Of a DNA stretch of 45,354 nucleotides, positions 36,493 through 45,354 are shown in pieces (the first letter of the stretch is position 1; every line of letters starts with the position of its first letter). The notes under the pieces are model-generated. The model searched no databases and was not told where the DNA came from. It saw nothing but the letters and a program-made list of their open reading frames with translations. A program made the position numbers and the translations under genes. The stretch lies in contig ONWB01000016.1 in the NCBI GenBank assembly GCA_900321445.1, positions 1 to 45,354 on the forward strand. Direction: 5' to 3'. This DNA is from an uncultured Prevotellaceae bacterium. GTDB taxonomy: Bacteria; Bacteroidota; Bacteroidia; Bacteroidales; Bacteroidaceae.

Positions 36493-37089
36493 ATGACACA
36501 TCTTAAACAACGCACCGACGAGGAGTTGGTGACGATGTATGCTTCAGGAATGAACAGCGCGTTCGACGTGCTGCTTGAGAGGTATAAAGATAAGCTCTAT
36601 TCCTACATCCTTTACTTAGTTCACAATGCTGACGTTGCAGACGACCTGTTCCAGGACACGTTCGTCCGCGCCATTATGAACATACGCCAAGGTAAATATA
36701 CCGAGGGCGGGAAGTTCTACGCCTGGCTCACGCGAATTGCCCACAACCTCGTCATCGACCAGTTCCGCGCAGAGCGCACCGAGAACACCATCAGCGGCGA
36801 GGAAGAAGGCAAAGACCTCATCAACAACAGCCTGCGCCTTTCCGAAGCCAGCATCGAGCACGCTATGCTCAACGAGCAGACACGTATGGACATCCGCCGC
36901 CTCATACGCCACCTTCCCGAAAGCCAGCGCGAAGTTGTTACGATGCGTTACTACCAAGGACTCTCGTTCAAGGAAATTGCCGAGCAGAAGAACATAAGCA
37001 TCAACACGGCTCTCGGACGCATCCACTACGCCATCAACAACATGCGCCGCATGGCGAAGGAACACGGCATAGAGCTCTACAACGCATAG
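36493..37089 (+). CDS. ECF sigma-70 factor
   Basis: Region 2 ADDLFQDTF..WLTRIAHNLVIDQFR; region 4 LPESQREV..GLSFKEIAE..INTALGR. Confidence 0.93.
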   Translation: MTHLKQRTDEELVTMYASGMNSAFDVLLERYKDKLYSYILYLVHNADVADDLFQDTFVRAIMNIRQGKYTEGGKFYAWLTRIAHNLVIDQFRAERTENTISGEEEGKDLINNSLRLSEASIEHAMLNEQTRMDIRRLIRHLPESQREVVTMRYYQGLSFKEIAEQKNISINTALGRIHYAINNMRRMAKEHGIELYNA

Positions 37090-37153
37090 CGACGACCGAC
37101 ATAACCCTTGCGCCCGCTAATCCCATTCGGGACGGGCAGCAAGTCGCCAATAT

Positions 37154-37194
37154 AAGGGGCAGAAGCATCACGCACAGTGCTTTCGCCCCTTTTT
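37154..37194 (+). terminator. Rho-independent terminator after the ECF sigma gene
   Basis: AAGGGGCAGAAGCA ... TGCTTTCGCCCCTT hairpin followed by a T run. Confidence 0.75.
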
Positions 37195-37228
37195 ATGTGC
37201 TCTTCGGTGGAGTTTGTTGTCCGTAGTG

Positions 37229-37357
37229 CATCGTCCTGCGCAGGTCGAGATTTTTTGCACGGACCTTTTGGGTCACTTCCTTGGGCGAAAATGGTTTTTC
37301 CGGCTTCCGGAAAACGTCGAGCTCCCTGCTCAAGATTGCGAGGTGCTCATCCGAACT
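37229..37357 (+). repeat. Dispersed dyad-symmetric element, copy B
   Basis: 79/100 identical (manual count) and gapless against 11321-11420, including a 25-bp identical block TTCCTTGGGCGAAAATGGTTTTTCC. Confidence 0.9.
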
Positions 37358-37547
37358 GGTCAAAAGCTTTGACCGGTTCATTCTTTCCTCGCGCGTGCGC
37401 GCACGTAATGCGCGTTAATAATGTGTAGATGCGTTTATGCTATGTTTCCCATGCGTAAGTTAACATTTTATAGCCTCCGAAATCTTAAAAAACCTTAAAA
37501 TATAGGTTAATTTTGCAAAGTATTGTTTTCAAATCATAATAAACGCT

Positions 37548-37555
37548 TAAATTTG
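37548..37555 (+). promoter_or_regulatory. -7 element upstream of the fasciclin-susC-susD locus
   Basis: TAAATTTG; a second candidate TAATTTTG lies at 37508-37515. Confidence 0.55.
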
Positions 37556-37623
37556 CTACCGCTCTATGCTATGCACATACGTGAAAGCAAAAATAAAATC
37601 ACTAAAATCAATTAATTAATGGT

Positions 37624-40600
37624 ATGAAAGACCGTTTAAACAGAATGGGAATCACGCTGCTAAGCGCAGTGTGCCTGCTCGCAACTTGCGGTATTGCTAC
37701 CTCCTGCTCGGATGATTATGATTTGGACGAGACAATTCCGGAAATCCTAGGAGAAAGCATTTACGACGAGTTGAACAACAAAGGGAACTTCACGTACCAA
37801 ATTCGTCTAATAGACGACTTAGGATACAGAGAAGTTATGTCCAAGACTGGTAGTAAGACGCTCTTTGTAGCCAAAGACGAGGCTTTTGAGGCATTCTTCA
37901 AGAATTGCGCTTGGAAAGATGGCTCCGGAAATCCCGTCAGAAGCTACGACCAGCTCTCGACAAACCAGAAACGCTTACTGCTGAACGGCGCGATGCTTAA
38001 CAATGCCTATGTGATGGAAATGCTCTCCAACACTGCGGGCGGCGGAAAGAATCTCTGCCTGCGCCAGGGGACGAACCTCAGCGCGACCGACTCCGTGCCC
38101 TACTGGAAGTGGTATGAACTGCCGAAGTTCCAGTTCGAGGCAGAAGACGACTCGCGCGCCGAGGACAAGCTCGACCTCTGGGGATGGTATCGCACGGAGG
38201 CTCGCGGAGGAATGTACATGGCCGTAGATGCTACGAACCCCATGATGACGCACTTCCTCGAGGGTCAGCTGAAAGACAAGCACATCACTCACTCCGACGT
38301 GGCATTCATCATGAATATCAACGACGGAAGCTGGGGTAATAGCGGCGACGAGGAATCGCGCAGCTACATCTACAACAGGATGGTTGTTACGCCTGACAAC
38401 ACCTGCCTGAACGGATACTACCACGTCCTCGACAGCGTGCTCGTCACACCCAGCAGCATGGCAGAAGTGATACGCCAGAACCCTAAGACGCAGCTCTTCT
38501 CCGAGATGCTCGACCGTTTCAGCGCACCCTTCTACGTGTCGTCGCTGACGGCAGAGTACAGCGCGCTGCACGACATCAAGGGCGACTCGGTGTTCCAGAA
38601 GCGCTACATCTCCGTGAACAACTCGACGGGCGCTCCGATACAGCAAGACCAGAAACGCAGAGGCCTCGGCTCATTCCCGCAGCTTGCCTACGACCCCGCA
38701 TGGAACGCATACGCTATCTCCAGCACGACAACAGCCGAGAACGACATGGCCGCAATGTTCGTGCCCAGCGACGATGCCATGAAGGAGTACTTCGTGCGCG
38801 GTGGCGGACGCTTCCTGATGGAGCGCTACGCTAAGCGCGACAACACGGACGAGAACCTCTCCTTCAACATCGCACAGATACCTTTGCAGGTAGTGGCTGC
38901 GCTTATCAACAACCTCATGAAGGACAGCTTCAACGAGACTGTGCCCAGCAAGTACCTCACCATCATGAACGACGCACAGGACCAGATGTTCCCCGCAAAG
39001 ACCTATGGCTCGGAAGCTGAGTACCGCGCACTCATCGACCAGGTAGAACTCGCCAGCAACGGTGTCGTTTACATCATGAACAAGGTCATAAGCCCGGCCG
39101 ACTACTCCAGTGTAGCAGCCCCCGTACTGCTCGCCCGCAACACGCGCATCGTCAACTCCGTGCTGCGTGCCGACGAAGCATACGTGGATGGTAACTCCTA
39201 TAACAACGCTCCGCTGAAGCAGTATTTCTCGACATACTTGAAGGCCATGCAGAGCCGCTTCTCCTTCTTCGCACCCCTCGACGAAGGACTCGGCAAGTAC
39301 GGATACGTTGACCCCGTGGCCGTAGCATCCAAGGTGCCCAACAACCAGCGCTACTGGCGCTTCGAGTACGGTGCACCGACGGCTACCGGCACCGACCCGC
39401 GCCTGCCTATTCGCGCCACGGCTTACAAGTACAACGTGCAGACAGGTCCTACGGACTCCGACGCCAAGATGTCGAACAGCCACGTCAGCCTTCCGAATGA
39501 AGTCCTGACGACAGGCTATGGTCCCACCAAGCGCGAACTCATGATTGAGCTTATCAACCAGCACGTCATCGTACACGAGAACAACGACACCGAAGGCGTA
39601 TATGCAAGCCGCCGTATCCATACGAGCCGCAGTGGTGCGCCCATCGTAATCGTGAAGCAGGGCGACCGCGCGCAGAACGGACTCGGCATGCAGGTAATGG
39701 GCGGCTATCAGGTTGACCTCGCCGACGATGCATATCCCGAGAACGACTACGTGACGTCAGTCGTTGAAGGCTACAACATGACCGAGGAACTGAACGGCTA
39801 CGGTAACGGTATGACATACCTCGTCGACCGTCCCATGCAGCCGACGATGAAGTCCGTTTACAGCATCATCAGCGGCAACGAAAACTTCTCCGAGTTCTTC
39901 AGCCTCTGCGATCCTGACAACTTCTCCGAAGATCTCCTCATATCCATCGGATTCAAGGACAGCATCAAGGGAAAGAGCAAGGAAACGACGCTTTGGAACG
40001 CAGAACAGAACAAGTACCGCATCTTTACTAACCTTACACCATACTATCCTGCCAGCGGTGAGTATCTCGTACGCTTCTTCAACAACTACAGATACACCAT
40101 CTATGTTCCCACGAACGCAGCCGTACAGGCCGCTATAGCAAAAGGACTTCCCACATGGGCAAGCATCGATGCATTCGTCGAGGCACACAAGGATGCCGAC
40201 GGCCTTCTCGACGACGATAGCAAGGCAAAGGCAAAGGCTATGGTGGTATGTCTGGTCAACTTCGTACGCTACCACTTCCAGGACGGCGCATACTATGTTG
40301 ACAACGTCAACTACGAACAGAAGGCTCAGACCTCCTGCATCGAGCACAACGACGCAACAGACACCGATGCATACCTATTCCTCAACATGAAGCAGACTCC
40401 CGACCAAATCGTCGTTACCGACGTGACAGGAGTAAAGCATAACGTGGTCGCACCATACAACCTCATGGCTCGCGACATGAACTTCAACGCATCGCCGACG
40501 AGCGTAGCCTCAGCGCGATACGTCAAGAACTCTTCCTACGCTGCCATACACCAGGTGGACGGCGTGCTAAACTTCATGAAACTGCCCGCAAGCGGTCGTT

Positions 40601-40668
40601 ACGACGATGCTTGGACAACGGCTGCAGGCGCACGCAGATTCGCTGCAAAGTATAGAATCAGAAAATAA
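37624..40668 (+). CDS. Fasciclin (FAS1) domain lipoprotein, PUL-associated
   Basis: Lipobox ATSC-SDD; repeated FAS1 motifs TLFVAKDEAF, MFVPSDDA, FFAPLDE, TIYVPTNAA and NGYYHVLD/NGVVYIMN. Confidence 0.85.
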   Translation: MKDRLNRMGITLLSAVCLLATCGIATSCSDDYDLDETIPEILGESIYDELNNKGNFTYQIRLIDDLGYREVMSKTGSKTLFVAKDEAFEAFFKNCAWKDGSGNPVRSYDQLSTNQKRLLLNGAMLNNAYVMEMLSNTAGGGKNLCLRQGTNLSATDSVPYWKWYELPKFQFEAEDDSRAEDKLDLWGWYRTEARGGMYMAVDATNPMMTHFLEGQLKDKHITHSDVAFIMNINDGSWGNSGDEESRSYIYNRMVVTPDNTCLNGYYHVLDSVLVTPSSMAEVIRQNPKTQLFSEMLDRFSAPFYVSSLTAEYSALHDIKGDSVFQKRYISVNNSTGAPIQQDQKRRGLGSFPQLAYDPAWNAYAISSTTTAENDMAAMFVPSDDAMKEYFVRGGGRFLMERYAKRDNTDENLSFNIAQIPLQVVAALINNLMKDSFNETVPSKYLTIMNDAQDQMFPAKTYGSEAEYRALIDQVELASNGVVYIMNKVISPADYSSVAAPVLLARNTRIVNSVLRADEAYVDGNSYNNAPLKQYFSTYLKAMQSRFSFFAPLDEGLGKYGYVDPVAVASKVPNNQRYWRFEYGAPTATGTDPRLPIRATAYKYNVQTGPTDSDAKMSNSHVSLPNEVLTTGYGPTKRELMIELINQHVIVHENNDTEGVYASRRIHTSRSGAPIVIVKQGDRAQNGLGMQVMGGYQVDLADDAYPENDYVTSVVEGYNMTEELNGYGNGMTYLVDRPMQPTMKSVYSIISGNENFSEFFSLCDPDNFSEDLLISIGFKDSIKGKSKETTLWNAEQNKYRIFTNLTPYYPASGEYLVRFFNNYRYTIYVPTNAAVQAAIAKGLPTWASIDAFVEAHKDADGLLDDDSKAKAKAMVVCLVNFVRYHFQDGAYYVDNVNYEQKAQTSCIEHNDATDTDAYLFLNMKQTPDQIVVTDVTGVKHNVVAPYNLMARDMNFNASPTSVASARYVKNSSYAAIHQVDGVLNFMKLPASGRYDDAWTTAAGARRFAAKYRIRK

Positions 40669-40677
40669 GTCAGCACT

Positions 40678-43600
40678 ATGAAGAATATGAAGTATCTACT
40701 GACCCTCGCCCTGTGCTTCTGCTTCTATGCAGCCAGCGCTCAGACGCGTATCACGGGTCACGTCGTCAGCGACGAAGGTCCTATCGTTATGGCCAACGTC
40801 GTTGAAAAAGACGGTAACAACCGTAACGTGTCGGCAACGCAGACCGACGCAAACGGTAACTTCTCTCTCGCCATAAAGAGCACATCAAACAGTCTGCAGA
40901 TATCCTACATCGGATACAAGACACAGACCATTAAGCCCATTGGCGAAAGAAAGAGTTTTGAAATAACCCTTATTGACAACTCAGCGATGGAGGGGGCTAC
41001 CGTCGTTGCAGTCCGCAAGACGCAGAGCAACGGCCTCTCCATTCCCGAGCGAGAAATATCCGTAGCAAGGCAGACCCTGAACATGGACGACATGCAAGGC
41101 CTCTCTTTCGAGACCGCAGGCGAAGCCCTTCAGGGACAGATTGCAGGTCTGGACGTCGTCATGAACTCCGGTAACCTTGGTGCAGGAACATCAATGCGTC
41201 TGCGTGGTGTGAGCTCCATCAACGCCAACCAGGAGCCCCTCATCGTCGTCAACGGATATATCCTCGAGGACTACAACAGCAGCGAGCTTGACATGAACAA
41301 CATGGAGAACGAAGAGCAGTTCGCAACGCTTCTTCAGGTAAGTCCAGATGATATCGAGAAGATTGAAGTCCTGAAAGACGCTGCTGCAACAGCTATCTGG
41401 GGCTCACGTGGCTCAAATGGTGTAATCCAAATCACAACACGCCGTGGTGCGCGCGGCGATACGAAGGTAAACTTCAGCTATCGCTTCTCAGGCTCATGGC
41501 AGCCCGACGGCATGAAGATGCTCAACGGTGACGGCTACACAATGATGCTGAAGCAGGCATACTTCAACCCGACGCAGAGCGACTTCGCTTCTAACATCGT
41601 CGAGCTGATGTATCTGCAGAACCGCCCCGCATACTACGGCAACTACAACAAGAATACAGACTGGATTGACGAAGTAACGCAGTTCGGACAGGCTCACAAC
41701 TTCGGCGTGAACATCTCCGGTGGTGGTGAAAAGGCGCAGTTCCGCATCTCTGGTAGCTACGACCACGAAGTCGGCACCATCATCAAGCAGAGCCTCGACA
41801 GATTCACGAACCGCCTCGCCCTTGACTACTACGTCAGCGACCGCATCAAGTTCACGTCAGACTTCGGCCTTACCTATACAAGGAACAACAGAAACTACAC
41901 CGACGGTATCCTCGGCTACGCCTACCACGCCATGCCTAACATGAGCGTCTACCGCAACGAGTACCGCGAGACTGCCGACGGTGTGGGCGAATACTACAAC
42001 ACAGGCGAATACTACATCATGCCGCCAGCAGCTACCGGTGCAGGACTCCTTGCCAACAACAGCGGAAAGACATCTTACTACCTGCGCGACATGATTGGAA
42101 ACGCTAACCCCGTGGCCATTGCAAACCTTGCATGGCGCCGCCAGAGCACATACTCCATCAACCCATCGTTTGCCATCGAGTACAAACTCCTCGGCAAGGA
42201 CGAAGGCGAGACACAGCTCAACTACCGTGGCGATGTGTACATGTACGCCTACACACAGAGCGACAACGACTACTATCCGCACACCCTGACCTCTGATTCA
42301 TGGGACGTAAAAGGCGGTATCGACAAGACGTCAAGCTACGAGTTCAAGAGCCTTTCCTTCACGACGCGCCACCAGCTCGTGTTCCGCCCGTACTTCAGCA
42401 ACGAAAACCACGCCCTCCAGGTATTGGCACGATTTGAAGTAGGTTCCAACGAGAGCACGACACAAGGCCTCTCATCCAGTGGTATCAGCGGCGGTATCAC
42501 CGACCCGACGGTGCCTGGCTACCTGCGCAGTTCCTACACCAGCACAGGCAAGGGACACAACATGAGCGGAACGGGTTCGCTGCACTATTCCTACGGTGAA
42601 GGAAAGTACAGCGTCGACCTGACCATCCGCGCCGACGGTTCAACGCGCTTCGGCAAGGGCAGCAAGTGGGGCTTCTTCCCCGGCATCTCCGGACGTTGGA
42701 ACATAAGCGACGAAAAGTTCTTCGAACCCATCCACGACGTCATTACCATGCTCTCCTTCCGTCCGGGTTGGGGTGTAACGGGTAACCCGCCGCAGAGCGA
42801 AGGACTTATCTTCAACAAGTTCGCCGCCAACGGCATCTATAACGGCACGCAAGCCATCATACCCACGAACTTGCGCCTCACGCAGCTCAAGTGGGAGAAG
42901 AGCACCAGCTGGAACCTCGGTTTCGACCTCGGATTCTTCAATATCGTAGACATCAACCTCAACATATACAACAAGAAGATTACAGACCTGCTCAACAGCG
43001 GCGTACGTATTCCTTCATCAACGGGCTACAGCAGCCTCTCATGGGCAAACATCGGCTCAATGAAGAACGAAGGTTGGGAAGTCTACATCAACACCCAGGA
43101 CCTCGTGCGCATCCCCATCGGCGACAAGCAGTTCCGCGTGCGCCTGAATGCGAACTTCGCGCAGAACATCAACACCGTTACGGATATGGATGCCTCCGTC
43201 CTGGCAAGCAACAACCCCGACTTCACCTACGCAAACGAATCCGTACTTCGCCGCCTGCAGATCGGTAACTCGCTCGGCGGTATCTACGGTTTCCGCTACA
43301 AGGGTGTCTATGCCTACGACTACGACCACAACGGCTACTTCCTCAACGACGAGAAGAACCAGTACTTCTATTCCGACAAGACCATTGTAAATCCTGACGG
43401 AACAAATCGCAACACTGCGAAGAACTCTGGAAAGACTGCTCCTATCGTTTACGATGCAGAAGGAAATGTAGTATATGACAAGAACGGCAACCCCCTGCCA
43501 ATGATGTACAACTACGGAGGTGTCAACTACCAGTTCCAAGGCGGTGACGTCATGTATGAAGACATCAACCACGACGGACAGATTGACGAACTCGACATCG

Positions 43601-44118
43601 TATACCTCGGCGGTTCCAACCCGAAGATAAACGGTGGTTTCGGCATCAAGCTCTTCTACGGTAACTGGCAGTTGATGGCAAACTTCAACTTCCGCATGGG
43701 CAACAAGATCCTTAACCTCGCAAAGATGTACGCTGAGGACATGCGCGGCAACAATAACCAGAGCGCTGCCGTCAACCACCGCTGGCGTATGAATGGACAG
43801 GAAATGGAAATCCCCCGCGCAATGAACGCTTCGGTGGGCGCATCCTACAATGCCCTCATCAGCGACCGCTATGTGGAGCCCGGCGACTATCTCCGCTTCC
43901 AGTACCTGCAGCTCTCTTACTCTGTGCCTGCTGCCAAGCTGAAAAAGCTTGGCCTGAGCACTATGCGCTTCTCGGCTTCCGCAAACAATATGATCTTCTG
44001 GACGAAGTACTCAGGTACAGACCCAGACCACAGCGCAAGCGGCTTCTGGCCAAGCTTCGACAACTCCCAGACACCGCGCTCACGCTCCTTCACAATCAGC
44101 CTGAACCTCGGATTCTAA
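40678..44118 (+). CDS. susC: SusC/RagA family TonB-linked outer membrane transporter
   Basis: IEVLKDAAATAIWGSRGSNGVIQITT, RADGSTRFG and LKWEKS motifs; C-terminal F; no STN domain. Confidence 0.95.
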   Translation: MKNMKYLLTLALCFCFYAASAQTRITGHVVSDEGPIVMANVVEKDGNNRNVSATQTDANGNFSLAIKSTSNSLQISYIGYKTQTIKPIGERKSFEITLIDNSAMEGATVVAVRKTQSNGLSIPEREISVARQTLNMDDMQGLSFETAGEALQGQIAGLDVVMNSGNLGAGTSMRLRGVSSINANQEPLIVVNGYILEDYNSSELDMNNMENEEQFATLLQVSPDDIEKIEVLKDAAATAIWGSRGSNGVIQITTRRGARGDTKVNFSYRFSGSWQPDGMKMLNGDGYTMMLKQAYFNPTQSDFASNIVELMYLQNRPAYYGNYNKNTDWIDEVTQFGQAHNFGVNISGGGEKAQFRISGSYDHEVGTIIKQSLDRFTNRLALDYYVSDRIKFTSDFGLTYTRNNRNYTDGILGYAYHAMPNMSVYRNEYRETADGVGEYYNTGEYYIMPPAATGAGLLANNSGKTSYYLRDMIGNANPVAIANLAWRRQSTYSINPSFAIEYKLLGKDEGETQLNYRGDVYMYAYTQSDNDYYPHTLTSDSWDVKGGIDKTSSYEFKSLSFTTRHQLVFRPYFSNENHALQVLARFEVGSNESTTQGLSSSGISGGITDPTVPGYLRSSYTSTGKGHNMSGTGSLHYSYGEGKYSVDLTIRADGSTRFGKGSKWGFFPGISGRWNISDEKFFEPIHDVITMLSFRPGWGVTGNPPQSEGLIFNKFAANGIYNGTQAIIPTNLRLTQLKWEKSTSWNLGFDLGFFNIVDINLNIYNKKITDLLNSGVRIPSSTGYSSLSWANIGSMKNEGWEVYINTQDLVRIPIGDKQFRVRLNANFAQNINTVTDMDASVLASNNPDFTYANESVLRRLQIGNSLGGIYGFRYKGVYAYDYDHNGYFLNDEKNQYFYSDKTIVNPDGTNRNTAKNSGKTAPIVYDAEGNVVYDKNGNPLPMMYNYGGVNYQFQGGDVMYEDINHDGQIDELDIVYLGGSNPKINGGFGIKLFYGNWQLMANFNFRMGNKILNLAKMYAEDMRGNNNQSAAVNHRWRMNGQEMEIPRAMNASVGASYNALISDRYVEPGDYLRFQYLQLSYSVPAAKLKKLGLSTMRFSASANNMIFWTKYSGTDPDHSASGFWPSFDNSQTPRSRSFTISLNLGF

Positions 44119-44140
44119 CTAAAAGCACGTAAAAAGAAAT

Positions 44141-45088
44141 ATGAAACGCAATATATTATCCTATATGCTTCTCGCCGCTGCTGCCACACTCCTCATGGGG
44201 GTTGCACAGTCCTGCGAGGACTATCTGGAGGTAAAACCTACCGACCAGATTACAGGCGACGACTTCTTCCTTGAGAAGGCTGACCTGCTCAACGAGATGA
44301 CAGGTGCGTACAAGGTGCTTGCAGAATCAAGCTATTCTGACAAAAATCCTGAGGAAGGCGTTACCCACAAGATACTCATCTGGGGCGAACTCCGCTCGGA
44401 CAACCTGCAGCTGAACGTCCTCGACAAGGACGCATTCAAGTTCCTGCAGGATGCCGTGCTGAAACCCACGAACAACAGCATGTTCACATACTCCGAGTTC
44501 TACAGCGGAATCAACTACTGCAACCTCGCACTTGAGCGCGGGCAGCACATGGTTGACGCATCCGTGGATCCAAGCTTCTCTCAGGGCGACTGGCTCCCGT
44601 ATAAAGCTGAGATGTACTCGCTGCGCGCGCTGTACTACTTCTACCTCGTACGCGCATTCCGCGACGTCCCCTTCAACACTAAGGCCATCACGACAGACAA
44701 GGAGGGACGCGCAGCACACAATCCCGCCATGCCGGGCGTAGCTATCCTCTCCGAACTCATCGACACGCTCGAGGTTGCCAAGAACTACGCCGTGACAAAC
44801 TACGGCTCACGCACCGACAACTGCGCACGCTTCACAAAACGCAGCGTACGCACTCTGCTTGCCGACATGTACCTCTGGCGCGGATGCCTCCTCAAGAACT
44901 ACTTCGACAAGACCATACGAGAAGGCGTTGACTCCATTGTCAACATGTCAGACGTCATTGGCGAAGACGGCATCGTACGCACCATAGACGGAACCGTCGT
45001 GGATAACGACTACTGCAACGCACAGGCAAAGGAATGCTTCAAGAAAGCCATTTTAGCGTACGCAAAGAAATTAGGATACGAAGGATAA
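44141..45088 (+). CDS. susD: SusD/RagB family lipoprotein, truncated with an apparently foreign C-terminus
   Basis: Lipobox QSC-EDYL; RALYYFYLVRAFRDVP and LLADMYLW motifs; only 315 aa, so the C-terminal SusD domain is missing. Confidence 0.8.
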   Translation: MKRNILSYMLLAAAATLLMGVAQSCEDYLEVKPTDQITGDDFFLEKADLLNEMTGAYKVLAESSYSDKNPEEGVTHKILIWGELRSDNLQLNVLDKDAFKFLQDAVLKPTNNSMFTYSEFYSGINYCNLALERGQHMVDASVDPSFSQGDWLPYKAEMYSLRALYYFYLVRAFRDVPFNTKAITTDKEGRAAHNPAMPGVAILSELIDTLEVAKNYAVTNYGSRTDNCARFTKRSVRTLLADMYLWRGCLLKNYFDKTIREGVDSIVNMSDVIGEDGIVRTIDGTVVDNDYCNAQAKECFKKAILAYAKKLGYEG

Positions 45089-45096
45089 TCAATCAC

Positions 45097-45133
45097 AAAA
45101 GGTGCGGCGGCGCATGCCGCCGTCTCCCTTTTT
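45097..45133 (+). terminator. Terminator-like hairpin in the foreign terminal segment
   Basis: CGGCGGC-gcat-GCCGCCG stem followed by a T run. Confidence 0.6.
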
Positions 45134-45175
45134 ACGGTTCAACCATTTACAAAACGGTATCGAAGGAGAGAGGAA

Positions 45176-45354
45176 ATGGAACAACAAACAGTCGTCATCG
45201 CCCTCGGGGGCAACGCCCTCGGCAATAACGGCGACCAGCCCGATATGCCCGATAACGCAGGCAATGCGATCCAGGATGCATTCGGTCTTAACGGCGGCAA
45301 TAATAACGGCGACGGTGGGGACAACAACAATAACAATAACGATAACGATAACAA
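45176..45354 (+). pseudogene. Carbamate kinase N-terminal fragment running into Asn/Asp low-complexity sequence (open to window end)
   Basis: SD-like GAAGGAGAGAGG, then MEQQTVVIALGGNALGNN (carbamate kinase IALGGNAL motif), then unrelated GDQPDMPDNAG..NNNNNDND. Confidence 0.6.

Noticed and set aside
45290-45354. AAC/AAT/GAT trinucleotide run as a functional microsatellite
   Set aside because: Lies in the probably chimeric terminal segment and is cut by the window edge

Overview
Chromosomal window from a Bacteroidota organism, most likely Prevotellaceae/Bacteroidales. Evidence: many TTTG-N19-21-TAnnTTTG promoters, A-rich starts without Shine-Dalgarno sequences, SusC/SusD, a Bat operon and EF-G2. 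Most content is housekeeping: mreD-mrdA-rodA, an NSS transporter, rplS, a radical SAM gene, tilS, a TonB receptor, DUF4301, an orphan Wzc kinase, GH20, EF-G2, the moxR/bat operon, udk, a DHH phosphoesterase, rpe, an S9 peptidase, an ECF sigma factor and a fasciclin-SusC-SusD locus. Five signals are not explained by these genes. (1) A ~130-bp dyad-symmetric intergenic element occurs three times (11313-11441, 21598-21748 inverted, 37229-37357); its 100-bp cores align without gaps and show mosaic and arm-swap patterns. One copy lies in the leader of an integrase-less phage-like module (XRE HTH, replication-like gene, DUF6633-like gene). (2) A ~65-nt candidate sRNA has its own promoter and terminator at 32455-32519. 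(3) rplS has a structured leader. (4) The bat operon carries gene fusions and a batB/batC frame anomaly. (5) The last ~300 bp look chimeric: SusD is cut off and followed by non-Bacteroidota sequence including a carbamate kinase N-terminus. All alignments were done by eye and family names come from motif recognition; no searches were run.
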